Origin: an uncultured delta proteobacterium
GTDB taxonomy: Bacteria > Desulfobacterota > Binatia > UBA9968
Direction of reading: 5' to 3'
NCBI GenBank assembly: GCA_963745835.1
Contig: CAVUZH010000003.1
Span: forward strand, 768,001-832,000
DNA: 64,000 nucleotides
The position numbers and the translations under genes were made by a program. Position 1 is the stretch's first letter. Each line of letters begins with the position of its first letter. Under the pieces are notes generated by a model that had not been told where the DNA came from, did no database searches, and saw nothing but the letters and a program-made list of their open reading frames with translations. Shown here piece by piece: positions 9,890 through 19,473 of this stretch.

Positions 9890-10977
9890 AATTCGAGCCG
9901 GAGGAAATTCTGATCGAGCGAGATTGCGAAAGCACGGCGATGGTGCGTCGTCTGAAAGCTGCGCTCCCGCAGACTCCTCTAAAAGTCGTTGACCATGGCC
10001 GAGAGCAAGTCACATTTGCGGCACCTCCGGCAGCCGATTTCGGCGCGGCAAAGAAGCGTCTTTACATTGCCAAGCACAAAGGAGACTTCTTAAAGAAATG
10101 CCCCGGCAGCGATGGCCAGGTCTGCTGCAACTATTTCGTTATCAATTTCGCCAGTAATTGTCCGATGGATTGCAGCTACTGCTACTTGCAAGAATATTTG
10201 GCGCACAATCCGGCGCTGAAAGTCTTCGCCAATGTCGATGATTTACTGGCTGAGGTAGACGAGCTGCTCAACAAGCACAGGCGCAACTTCTTTCGTATCG
10301 GAACCGGTGAGATTACCGACAGTTTGATACTAGATCCCTATATCGGATTTACGCGCGAGGTCGTGCCATTTTTCGCCGAACAACCGAACGCCTTGCTCGA
10401 GCTCAAAACCAAAAGCGACTGCGTGGAGGATCTATTGAATTTGGATCCAAAGGAGCGCGTGGTGGTTTCTTGGTCAATCAATCCACAGACGGTAATTGAC
10501 GACGAGGAGCACGGCACCGCATCACTGCTCGAGCGCCTGCAAGCGGCACGTCTCTGCCAGAATGCTGGGTATCGCCTCGGGTTCCATTTCGATCCGATGA
10601 TCGAGTACCCGGATTGGGATAAAGATTATGAAAAACTAGTCGAGCAACTGTTCGCGACCGTTGATTGGCGGCGCGTCTCATGGCTGAGTCTTGGAGTCCT
10701 GCGCAATACACCAGGGCTGAAGCGGGCCATGAGAGAGAGACTGCCCCGGACTCGTCTGCTTGCCGCAGAGCAAGTGCCCAATCCTGACGGCAAGCTGCGC
10801 TACCTCCAACCGCTACGCATCGAGATGTACCGCAAGATGCTCGGCTGGATCCGCCGCAGCGCGCCGACGGTCAAAGTCTACCTCTGCATGGAATCGAAAC
10901 ACGTCTGGCAAGAGGTTTTTGGTTACGCGCCGAGCTGCGAGAAAGAGTTGGGCGCGCAACTGGATCCGCGTGTATAA
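9883..10977 (+). CDS. Spore-photoproduct-lyase-like (SPL family) radical SAM protein
   Basis: CPMDCSYCYLQ (CxxxCxxC), RIGTGE.TDS, LELKTKS, GFHFDP, GKLRY, YLCME. Confidence 0.88.
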   Translation: MLKFEPEEILIERDCESTAMVRRLKAALPQTPLKVVDHGREQVTFAAPPAADFGAAKKRLYIAKHKGDFLKKCPGSDGQVCCNYFVINFASNCPMDCSYCYLQEYLAHNPALKVFANVDDLLAEVDELLNKHRRNFFRIGTGEITDSLILDPYIGFTREVVPFFAEQPNALLELKTKSDCVEDLLNLDPKERVVVSWSINPQTVIDDEEHGTASLLERLQAARLCQNAGYRLGFHFDPMIEYPDWDKDYEKLVEQLFATVDWRRVSWLSLGVLRNTPGLKRAMRERLPRTRLLAAEQVPNPDGKLRYLQPLRIEMYRKMLGWIRRSAPTVKVYLCMESKHVWQEVFGYAPSCEKELGAQLDPRV

Positions 10978-10986
10978 TTCTGTCTC

Positions 10987-11787
10987 ATGACCAACCGGGA
11001 CGATGCCATAGGCGTGTTCGACTCAGGGATCGGCGGGCTCACGGTACTGCAAAAATTAATCGAGATCCTGCCCAGTGAAAACACCGTTTATCTTGGGGAC
11101 ACCGCGAGAGCTCCTTACGGCACGAAGTCGGTTGAAACGGTGGTTCGCTATTCCTTTGAAAATACCGAATTCTTAATTGAGAAGGGCGTGAAGCTTGTGG
11201 TAGTTGCCTGCAATACCTCGACGGCTCTGGCTTTAGAATCCTTGCGGGGAAACGTGAACGTTCCTCTAGTCGGCGTGATCGAGCCCGGCGTTCGTAAAGC
11301 GCTTCAGATCACCAAAAACAAAAAGATCGGTGTCATTGGAACGGAAGCGACTATCCAAAGCGGCGCGTATACTAAAGCGCTGAAAACGCACTCTGGAGAT
11401 ATTGAAGTCTACAGCCGTGCCTGTCCTTTGTTCGTTCCCTTGGTCGAAGAGGGCTGGATCGACAACGGCGTCGCATCAATGACCGTTGAAGCATATCTCG
11501 GAAGCTTGAAACAAAGCGGCATCGATACCCTGATATTGGGATGCACCCATTACCCATTGCTGAAAAAGGCTATCCGGAATTATATGGGAAGTGCTGTACA
11601 GCTGGTCGATTCCGCGGAAGAAATTGCCAGGGACGTAGGAACGGCACTTGAGAAGCAATCCCTTGCCCGTAGAGAAGGCATCGGCAATCACAGCTTTTTC
11701 GTCACAGATGCGCCCGATCGATTCATCAAAGTCGGCGGACGATTTCTCGGAGAGAAAGTCGAGTCCGCGGTGCGTATCGAGCGCTGA
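10987..11787 (+). CDS. murI: Glutamate racemase
   Basis: IGVFDSGIGGLTV, PYG, VVACNT, LILGCTHYP. Confidence 0.97.
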   Translation: MTNRDDAIGVFDSGIGGLTVLQKLIEILPSENTVYLGDTARAPYGTKSVETVVRYSFENTEFLIEKGVKLVVVACNTSTALALESLRGNVNVPLVGVIEPGVRKALQITKNKKIGVIGTEATIQSGAYTKALKTHSGDIEVYSRACPLFVPLVEEGWIDNGVASMTVEAYLGSLKQSGIDTLILGCTHYPLLKKAIRNYMGSAVQLVDSAEEIARDVGTALEKQSLARREGIGNHSFFVTDAPDRFIKVGGRFLGEKVESAVRIER

Positions 11788-11888
11788 TTGAGTTCGTTTT
11801 GTTTTATGCGCGAATCTTGTAAGCTATTAACCAGCTAATTCCCTGCGCAAGCACCGCTCCGGTCCATCTTTGAGGGTAGAGTCTTAAC

Positions 11889-14800
11889 ATGTTGAACCTA
11901 ATCAAAAAGATAGTTGGCACTAAGAACGACCGGGAAGTTAAACGGATTCGTCCTTACGTCGACAAAATTAATAGCTTCGAGGCGCAATTCCAAAGCCTTA
12001 GAGATGACGATTTGGTGGCCAAGACTGAGGATTTCAAAAAGCGCATTTGCCTGGCAACAGCGCAGCTGAGGGCCGACTTGGAAGAAGCTCGGGCGCAAAC
12101 ACTGAATGCCGACAGCGAACAGCGCGAAGAACTCAAAAGCCGGGTTGAAGAGCTGGACAAAGAGTTACGCGAGGCCGAGGCGGCGGTTCTCGAAGAAATT
12201 TTACCGGAAGCGTTTGCCGCCGTGCGTGAAGCGTCGCGGCGGACGATCGGCCTGCGACACTTCGATGTTCAACTGATCGGCGGCACCGTACTTCACGAGG
12301 GCAAAATAGCCGAAATGAAAACCGGTGAGGGAAAGACGCTGGTGGCAACTTCGGCGTTATATCTGAACGCTCTTACCGGAAGGGGTGTTCATCTAATTAC
12401 TGTCAACGATTATTTGGCTCGCCGTGACGTGCAGTGGATGGGGCCGATCTTCCATCAGCTTGGCGTCTCGGTCGCTTCCATCGTTCATGATGCGAGCTTT
12501 CGCTTTGATCCGACTTTCTTAACCAAGGACTACCGTTTTCTCAATTTACGCCCCATCACTCGGCAGGAGGCTTACCTGGCCGATATTACCTATGGCACGA
12601 ATAACGAGTTTGGCTTCGATTACCTGCGCGACAATATGAAATTTTCGCTCGAAGAATATGTCCAACGCGAGCTAAACTACGCGGTAGTGGATGAAGTCGA
12701 TAACATTTTGATCGATGAGGCGAGAACCCCGTTGATCATCTCCGGTCCGGCAGAGGAGTCAACGGATAAATACTACGTTATCGATCGGATTATTCCTAAG
12801 TTGCAGCGCGGCGCCGTGATTCAAGGCGATCCAACCCAAGAAAAACGGGCGGCTATCGAAGCTCAAGGCGACTATACGGTCGACGAAAAAAGTCGGTCTG
12901 TGACCTTGACCGAAACCGGGGTTGCGAAAGTCGAACGGCTATTGGGAGTCCATAATCTTTATGACCCGCGGCAGATTGACACTTTGCATCATGTGCAGCA
13001 GGCGCTCAAGGCGCACGCGATTTTCAAGCGCGATGTTGATTATGTCGTCAAAGATGGCGAGGTCATTATTGTTGACGAGTTTACCGGACGGTTGATGCCC
13101 GGCCGGCGCTGGTCCGATGGATTGCATCAGGCGGTGGAAGCAAAAGAACGGGTCCACATACGAGAAGAAAATCAGACCCTGGCGACGATCACGATTCAGA
13201 ACTATTTCCGCATGTATAAGAAGCTCGCCGGTATGACTGGAACGGCAGATACCGAAGCACCTGAGTTCAAAAAGATTTACAAATTGGATGTCGTAGTGAT
13301 TCCGACCCACCGAAATATGGTTCGGAACGATCTTGCGGATGTAGTATATCGCTCAGACCAAGAAAAATACGACGCAGTCGTTCAAGAGATAGAAGAGCGT
13401 TACAAGAAGGGGCAACCAAATCTCGTTGGCACGACGTCGGTGGCAAAATCCGAGCGTTTATCTCGCATGCTGAAGAAGAAGGGAATTAAGCACAACGTTC
13501 TAAACGCCGTCAATCACGAAGCCGAGGCGACGATCATCGCCCAGGCAGGAAGATATGCGGCGGTGACGATTGCGACCAACATGGCTGGTCGTGGCACCGA
13601 CATTCTGCTTGGCGGAAATCCGGAGTTTCTAGCGCGGTCCGATATGGAGAATGAGTGGATCAACCGTGCGGCAAAGTTGCCGATTCAGGGAGCGGGGCGC
13701 TACGAAGATGCATTAAGAGAGTTGCGCGAGAGGTATGAGGACGAGGTTCGTAAAGCCGAAGCACAATATTTCAAACAGGGTGAACTCTTTCAGCAACAGC
13801 GCAGCGATGCCCTGAAGCGTACAACCGAGCTTCAGAAGGAGATTCGAGAAACCTCACCATTTCGTGAAACCCGCCTTCGCTTCGAAGATCTTTCCGCCAC
13901 AGAACTTATTGATGTGCTTCACGGAGGAAGAACAATCCCAAACAGCTATTTTCAATCGAAAGAAGAGTTGGAAACCGCTCTTCTGCAAAACTTTAACGGG
14001 AACACCTCCGAAGCCTACGATGCGTTCGAAGAGGCGCGACAGGAGTTCAGCGAGTTTCTTCAACGCTGGCAGCAAACAGCCGGGGAGCGGCCGGCTTTGG
14101 CGGAAGTTTTGGACGAGAAACGTCGAAACTATGAACAGCGCGTCGCCGATTTTGAATTCGAGGTTGCTCTTGCTGTGTTATCTACAGGCGAGCATGGCAA
14201 CATTGTAACCGAGTATAAAAAGACCCACGACGATTTCGAAACCGCCGAATTACGCTGCGAAGAGGTTCGGCAGCCGTATGAACAGGCCATCCAACGCGCG
14301 CAGAACGACTACGAATTAAAGCGGCAAGAGTACTTGCGTATGGTTGACGAAATCCGCGAACAGCTGGATAAAGCTCCGGATGAATATCGCCAACGGTTCA
14401 ATGAGGTTCTTGAAAACTATAAGACGACGTGCGCGGAGGAACGTGAGAAGGTGATTGAGGCAGGTGGCCTCCACATTCTCGGTACCGAGCGTCACGAGAG
14501 CAGGCGCATCGATAATCAGCTGCGTGGACGCGCTGGTCGCCAAGGCGATCCGGGCTCGTCACGTTTTTATCTGTCTCTTGAGGACGATTTGATGCGCATT
14601 TTCGGCGCAGACCGAATCCAGGGAATTATGAGCCGGCTGGGAATGGAGGATGGCGAACCGATTGAGCACGGGCTCGTGACTCGGGCAATTGAGAATGCTC
14701 AAAAGAAGGTCGAGGCGCACAACTTCGATATCCGTAAACATCTGTTGGAATATGATGACGTTCTGAATAAACAGCGCGAGGTTATCTATAGCCAGAGACG

Positions 14801-15488
14801 GGAAGTGCTGAAGGGGGAAACTCTTAAGGAAGACGTGCTGGAGATGGCCCACGGAATCGCCGAAGAGACAGTGGCACGTTATACCGACAAGGATAGTCAT
14901 CCTTCGGATTGGGACTGGGCAGGTCTCAATGAGGGGTTCCATCATAATTTCAACCTGTCGTTCATGGTCAACACGGATGAGCAGGAAAGCCTGGCTGTGG
15001 ATCCGTTAGTCGAACTGGCCACAGAGCGGGTGAGCCGGGCTTACGAAGATAAGGAGGCGCGCTTCAGCGCGCCCATGCTCAGGCAGCTCGAAAAGATCAT
15101 CATGCTTCAAACCATTGACACACTTTGGAAAGACCACCTTCTAAATATGGATCATCTTAAAGAGGGTATTGGGCTGCGCGGCTATGGTCAGAAGAATCCG
15201 CTTCAGGAATATCAGAAGGAAGGTTTCGCCCTGTTTGAAGATATGGTGCATCGTATCCAAGAGGATGTCGTGCAGAAGCTGTTTACAGTAGAGATCGCGC
15301 GCGAAAGCACTGCTTCGATAGCCGATCTGGAAGGCCAACAACGAGCTCAGCAGGTTATGCTAAGCCATGGGTCTGAAAGTATCGAAGCGGAACGGCCCTT
15401 AGCTAAACGACACAGTGATAAAATCGGAAGAAACGATCCATGCCCGTGCGGCAGTGGCCGAAAGTACAAGCGTTGTTGCGGTAAATGA
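11889..15488 (+). CDS. secA: Preprotein translocase subunit SecA with large insertions
   Basis: [84 protein letters not shown] motif [18 protein letters not shown]. Confidence 0.98.
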   Translation: MLNLIKKIVGTKNDREVKRIRPYVDKINSFEAQFQSLRDDDLVAKTEDFKKRICLATAQLRADLEEARAQTLNADSEQREELKSRVEELDKELREAEAAVLEEILPEAFAAVREASRRTIGLRHFDVQLIGGTVLHEGKIAEMKTGEGKTLVATSALYLNALTGRGVHLITVNDYLARRDVQWMGPIFHQLGVSVASIVHDASFRFDPTFLTKDYRFLNLRPITRQEAYLADITYGTNNEFGFDYLRDNMKFSLEEYVQRELNYAVVDEVDNILIDEARTPLIISGPAEESTDKYYVIDRIIPKLQRGAVIQGDPTQEKRAAIEAQGDYTVDEKSRSVTLTETGVAKVERLLGVHNLYDPRQIDTLHHVQQALKAHAIFKRDVDYVVKDGEVIIVDEFTGRLMPGRRWSDGLHQAVEAKERVHIREENQTLATITIQNYFRMYKKLAGMTGTADTEAPEFKKIYKLDVVVIPTHRNMVRNDLADVVYRSDQEKYDAVVQEIEERYKKGQPNLVGTTSVAKSERLSRMLKKKGIKHNVLNAVNHEAEATIIAQAGRYAAVTIATNMAGRGTDILLGGNPEFLARSDMENEWINRAAKLPIQGAGRYEDALRELRERYEDEVRKAEAQYFKQGELFQQQRSDALKRTTELQKEIRETSPFRETRLRFEDLSATELIDVLHGGRTIPNSYFQSKEELETALLQNFNGNTSEAYDAFEEARQEFSEFLQRWQQTAGERPALAEVLDEKRRNYEQRVADFEFEVALAVLSTGEHGNIVTEYKKTHDDFETAELRCEEVRQPYEQAIQRAQNDYELKRQEYLRMVDEIREQLDKAPDEYRQRFNEVLENYKTTCAEEREKVIEAGGLHILGTERHESRRIDNQLRGRAGRQGDPGSSRFYLSLEDDLMRIFGADRIQGIMSRLGMEDGEPIEHGLVTRAIENAQKKVEAHNFDIRKHLLEYDDVLNKQREVIYSQRREVLKGETLKEDVLEMAHGIAEETVARYTDKDSHPSDWDWAGLNEGFHHNFNLSFMVNTDEQESLAVDPLVELATERVSRAYEDKEARFSAPMLRQLEKIIMLQTIDTLWKDHLLNMDHLKEGIGLRGYGQKNPLQEYQKEGFALFEDMVHRIQEDVVQKLFTVEIARESTASIADLEGQQRAQQVMLSHGSESIEAERPLAKRHSDKIGRNDPCPCGSGRKYKRCCGK

Positions 15489-15573
15489 CCCGTATTCTAT
15501 GACATCGGCATGTAAGGCGTCAGCGCTTCGGAAGGAATTCTAATATCTTTAGTGTGGGCTTGCGATTATTAGT

Positions 15574-16953
15574 TCAGTGCGCCGTAAATATAGCGGTTGG
15601 TTCACGTGCCTCCTCGTAATCTGAAACCGCACGGCGCCTATTGCCCGCCCCAAGTTTAATAATATTATCTGTAAAAGCGTTTAAGTCCTTAGTGGCATTC
15701 CTTGTATCGATCACTAACCGTGCTCCCGCAACAACTGTTTTAAAATCATAGTCGCTGTGGTCGGTCAGGATGATAACGCAGTCTTGCTGGGCGATTAAAT
15801 CTGACGATAACTGCGTTGAGTTTATTGTATTTTTACCCAAGCGAAGAGTTGGAACATAGGGATCGTTATAGATAAGGTTAGCTCCCTTGTCGCTGAGCAT
15901 GCGCATCACATCCAGAGCTGGAGACTCCCTGCAATCACTGACGTTCTTTTTATAGGCAACGCCTAGAACTAAAATCTTGGCGTTGCGTATGCTCTTTGCC
16001 GCCTGGTTTAGGCCGTCCGCGACCAAGCTGGTTACTACCGCCGGCATCATTCCATTAATTTCTGAAGCCAATTCAATGAACCGTGCTTGGAAGTTTAACG
16101 CCTTGAGTTTCCAAGCAAGGTAATGGGGATCAATCGGAATGCAGTGTCCGCCTAAGCCAGGACCCGGGTAAAAGGGTATAAAGCCGAAAGGTTTTGTCGC
16201 GGCTGCATCAATGACCTCGTAAACATCCACTCCCAGTAAATCGCACATCTGCGCCATCTCGTTGACCATACCGATATTGACGCTGCGAAAGGTATTCTCC
16301 AGAAGCTTCACCATCTCTGCGCATTTGGTGCTGGTGACCGGAAAAACCTTCTCAATAAACTGGGAATAGAAGAGGTGGGCGATCTCGGTACATTCCGGCG
16401 TAATGCCGCCAACGATCTTCGGCGTATTGCGGGTTGTGTACGCCGTATTTCCTGGATCAATGCGCTCGGGGGAAAAAGCCAAATAGAAATCCGCCCCAAC
16501 CTTGAGTCCGGAGCCGCTTAACTCGGGAAGAATCAGCTCCTCCGTGGTGCCCGGATAAGTGGTACTTTCAAGCACGATCAACTGCCCATTATGTAAATAT
16601 TTCCGAATCTCTTCCGTGGCGGCCAAAATAAACGAGATGTCAGGATCGCGACTTTTGCTAAGAGGTGTCGGAACGCAAATGCTCACGCTGTCGGCTCTGG
16701 CTAAGCTACTAAAGTCTGACGTAGGAAAGAAACGCTGGGAGCTAATGGCGGCGGAAATGATTTGATCATCGACATCGCGAATGTAGGACGTGCCTTCTTT
16801 AAGAGCAGCGATCTTTTTGCGGTCAAGATCAATTCCTATGACATCGAAGCCAGCTGCAACCATTTCCATTGCCAGCGGCAACCCGACGTAACCCAATCCG
16901 ATCACGGCTGCAGTCGCTTTGCGGCTCTCGATTAGCTTTCTGATTGTATTCAA
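15574..16953 (-). CDS. Nucleotide-sugar dehydrogenase (UDP-GlcNAc 6-dehydrogenase, WbpA/WecC family)
   Basis: GLGYVGLP, ICVPTP, LESTTYPGTT, FSPERIDPGN, KLLENTFR, GGHCIPIDP. Confidence 0.93.
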   Translation of the reverse strand: MNTIRKLIESRKATAAVIGLGYVGLPLAMEMVAAGFDVIGIDLDRKKIAALKEGTSYIRDVDDQIISAAISSQRFFPTSDFSSLARADSVSICVPTPLSKSRDPDISFILAATEEIRKYLHNGQLIVLESTTYPGTTEELILPELSGSGLKVGADFYLAFSPERIDPGNTAYTTRNTPKIVGGITPECTEIAHLFYSQFIEKVFPVTSTKCAEMVKLLENTFRSVNIGMVNEMAQMCDLLGVDVYEVIDAAATKPFGFIPFYPGPGLGGHCIPIDPHYLAWKLKALNFQARFIELASEINGMMPAVVTSLVADGLNQAAKSIRNAKILVLGVAYKKNVSDCRESPALDVMRMLSDKGANLIYNDPYVPTLRLGKNTINSTQLSSDLIAQQDCVIILTDHSDYDFKTVVAGARLVIDTRNATKDLNAFTDNIIKLGAGNRRRAVSDYEEAREPTAIFTAH

Positions 16954-17654
16954 GTGAGAACGCCTTCCGTGCTTTTTACGTGTTGTTTTTCGACGGAACG
17001 AATCGCCTTAAACTCCTGTATCTTGATATTGTAGCGGTCGATTAATTCATAGAGATTGACCCGACTAATCCCCAAGTCTTTCGCGGCGCGACTGACAATT
17101 CCATTATTTCTCGAGAGAGCCTTTTTAATGAAATCAGCTTCAATAGCTTTCTTTGCGAACTTTAGATTTATACCATCCGGAATACGACCAGCAAAGCTAA
17201 ACTCTGTCGGTTTAAGCACATGGGGAATATTTAAGCTGTTTTCCTGTAGGCATGTTTCCTGTAGCCTTTGCTGCAAGTGCTGCATGTGAAAGGCTCGTCG
17301 GACGATGAGTTTAATTTCGTCCAGGCGGATTGGTTTGGAACAATAATCGAACGCTCCCAACCGTACGGCCTCCAACGCGCTGCTCTCCTCCTTGCTTGCC
17401 GTGATCACGACTACTCGCGTCGAAGGGGCACGCTTAAGAAACTGCTCAAGAAGTCGCAACCCAGTGACATCGTCTGGATTCTCCTTATTCAAGGACAATT
17501 CCAAAGTAACCACTGCTGGCTTCTTATCCGCGAAGATTTGTCTCGCTTCCTCTTCCTTTGTAGCGGTGAAGATCTCATAGTCAAACTCCAATGCCGGACT
17601 TATTTGGGCAAGAACATCCTCCTCCTCATCGACTATGAGTATTCTAGGTTTCAC
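16950..17654 (-). CDS. Atypical response regulator: PrsR-like receiver (Glu at phospho-site) fused to Fis-type HTH, no AAA+ domain
   Basis: Receiver ILIVDEE...PAVVTLELSL...VVVITA...GAFDYCSKP; HTH ALSRNNGIVSRAAKDLGISRVNLYELIDRY; only 234 aa; overlaps the dehydrogenase start by 4 nt. Confidence 0.85.
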   Translation of the reverse strand: MKPRILIVDEEEDVLAQISPALEFDYEIFTATKEEEARQIFADKKPAVVTLELSLNKENPDDVTGLRLLEQFLKRAPSTRVVVITASKEESSALEAVRLGAFDYCSKPIRLDEIKLIVRRAFHMQHLQQRLQETCLQENSLNIPHVLKPTEFSFAGRIPDGINLKFAKKAIEADFIKKALSRNNGIVSRAAKDLGISRVNLYELIDRYNIKIQEFKAIRSVEKQHVKSTEGVLT

Positions 17655-17975
17655 GCTTTCGTTCCTTTCCGACGCTTCTGATAGCGGTGTTGATGTTTTT
17701 TCTGAATTCAGAGTTTGTACCCGTAGCTATGTCGAGTGATCCGAAACAGCTTCGCAATGAAGCGGTTGTAAGTGCTCGAGTCTGTATCTCGATCTCATTC
17801 CCAGCAATTTGCACGATCGAAGTTGGTGGCGTTCAGGAAGCGGTCGTCACGTTTTTCATGTTTCCGATTAACAGAAGATGCAGATCGAACCGGAGCGCGA
17901 TGAAAATTTACATAACGGCTACTTCGCAGTACAACAAATTCATGACCTGACATTGAGATCAACGCGGTTAGCAGG

Positions 17976-17991
17976 AGCAAAGTTGATACCG
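17976..17991 (-). promoter_or_regulatory. Candidate sigma54 (-24/-12) promoter for the regulator/dehydrogenase operon
   Basis: Minus strand reads CGGTAT-CAACT-TTGCT: GG-N10-GC spacing with TTGC at -12. Confidence 0.5.
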
Positions 17992-18242
17992 CTGAGATCT
18001 TACCGAAAGCCGGTTAATTAGACTCTACGGATTAAAATCTCGCGGGCAATTGTGTCTAGATAACAACTATCCAGCCGTTTTGGAGGCAGTAGTGGCCATA
18101 CTTCTTTCTGTCGGCAGCATGGTTCACTCACCGAAGTTTGGGCCGCACACAAATCTAAGAGATTTCATGAAATATAATAGTTAAATACCTAAGGTACGGC
18201 TACTTTAACTTATTATGTCCGGCGGGATGATGTCTATGCAAC

Positions 18243-18259
18243 TGTAAGAGTTTTTGACA
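18243..18259. promoter_or_regulatory. Candidate enhancer-binding-protein site (TGT-N11-ACA)
   Basis: cTGTAAGAGTTTTTGACAg dyad in the divergent intergenic region, about 250 bp upstream of the minus-strand sigma54 candidate. Confidence 0.35.
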
Positions 18260-18361
18260 GTTTGGCTTGCTTATCTAGCCTCAGTATGGCAAAAGTAGGG
18301 TTCATTTTGGTTATCGCTCTTTTGATCACTTCTTCTTCGTATAAACCGTGTAGCGGCAACT

Positions 18362-19447
18362 ATGGATTATAAAAGCTTGGCGTGGTCGCCGGCTTCGGAT
18401 CCGCGTTCTGCGCATCCGAGTCTTAACTCGGTCATCGACTCACCGCCCTATCTACTCTACCGCAGTGATACGGCATTTAAGCCATTGTACGTTTCTCTAA
18501 ACTCAGCAGCTCTCTTGGGCGTAGCTAATGAAAATTTTCTCGGGAATGCAGGCATATGGGAACAAATCATTCCTAAATGCGACCAGAAAAAAGTCTTTGA
18601 TAAGTTCAAGGAGCTAGACTGTTCAGCTGAGATTTCTTTTCTACATCGGATACTCGACGGGTTTGGGGTACCGACCTGGGTTTCACATCGAGTGACCAGG
18701 GTGGTCGATAATGGAGCGCCTAGCCTGTACGGATTTATAGCGCCGATCGCCTGTAACGATTTTTTTCGCTTGTTGGAGCCGTCAACGATCTCCAGTTTTA
18801 TTCATAAGTTGGGAAATCATTTTCAACTACTCAACTTGGCATTTAACTCAATCCGAAAAGGTGGTGCTGACGCGGATGATCTGAATATTCTTCAAGAGGC
18901 GTTGGATAAGTCGATAATTTTGACCCGGGCGTTTTCCGAATACACTCAAGAACCAGCCTGGGTGCCGGCGTTCGAATTCCGGGAAATCATCGATGCCGCA
19001 GTCAACAATTCAAGTTCAGCTTTTATCCATTCCGAGGTTGAAGTTCAGCGCGACTGTGACCCACGTCTGGAACGATTAAACATCTCGGGAGACCCTTATC
19101 TTCTGGAATTAGCGGTTCGGGCACTTTTCGAGAATGCCATCGAAGCAACAAATAAACGCGGCAAAATCAAACTCGAAGTATCGGTGCACTCTCTCGGCGG
19201 TATGCCGGCTGGATTGAGACTGCTTGTGAGTGATAATGGAATCGGGATAGCCGCGAGTAATCTAGCCAAGGTGATGCTTCCTTTCTTTAGCACGAAAACG
19301 GATCACGTCGGTCTGGGGCTTTGTATGGCATCTAGATTCATCGAAATGCATGGCGGTAATCTAAAAATCAAAAGCTCAATGGAAAAAGGAACGGATGTAT
19401 TGGTTTTTTTACCGTTGAAAGGGAATGTTCAGGATGCTTGTCGCTAA
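18362..19447 (+). CDS. Soluble sensor histidine kinase (PAS-like + HisKA + HATPase)
   Basis: PAS-like N-terminus; H-box FIHKLGNHF; ENAIEA N-box; DNGIGI G1; PFFSTK F-box; GLGL G2; no evident TM helix. Confidence 0.85.
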   Translation: MDYKSLAWSPASDPRSAHPSLNSVIDSPPYLLYRSDTAFKPLYVSLNSAALLGVANENFLGNAGIWEQIIPKCDQKKVFDKFKELDCSAEISFLHRILDGFGVPTWVSHRVTRVVDNGAPSLYGFIAPIACNDFFRLLEPSTISSFIHKLGNHFQLLNLAFNSIRKGGADADDLNILQEALDKSIILTRAFSEYTQEPAWVPAFEFREIIDAAVNNSSSAFIHSEVEVQRDCDPRLERLNISGDPYLLELAVRALFENAIEATNKRGKIKLEVSVHSLGGMPAGLRLLVSDNGIGIAASNLAKVMLPFFSTKTDHVGLGLCMASRFIEMHGGNLKIKSSMEKGTDVLVFLPLKGNVQDACR

Positions 19448-19473
19448 TTTTGGAAATGGGCTGAATCTTACAA

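Noticed and set aside
9883-10977. Naming the radical SAM gene splB
   Set aside because: H-donor cysteine appears absent and context is not sporulation.
13617-14456. Intein in SecA
   Set aside because: No Cys/Ser start with His-Asn end, no LAGLIDADG motifs; composition is helical, unlike the beta-rich HINT fold.
17687-17980. Small ORFs upstream of the atypical regulator
   Set aside because: No RBS or recognisable features; region better explained as promoter and leader.
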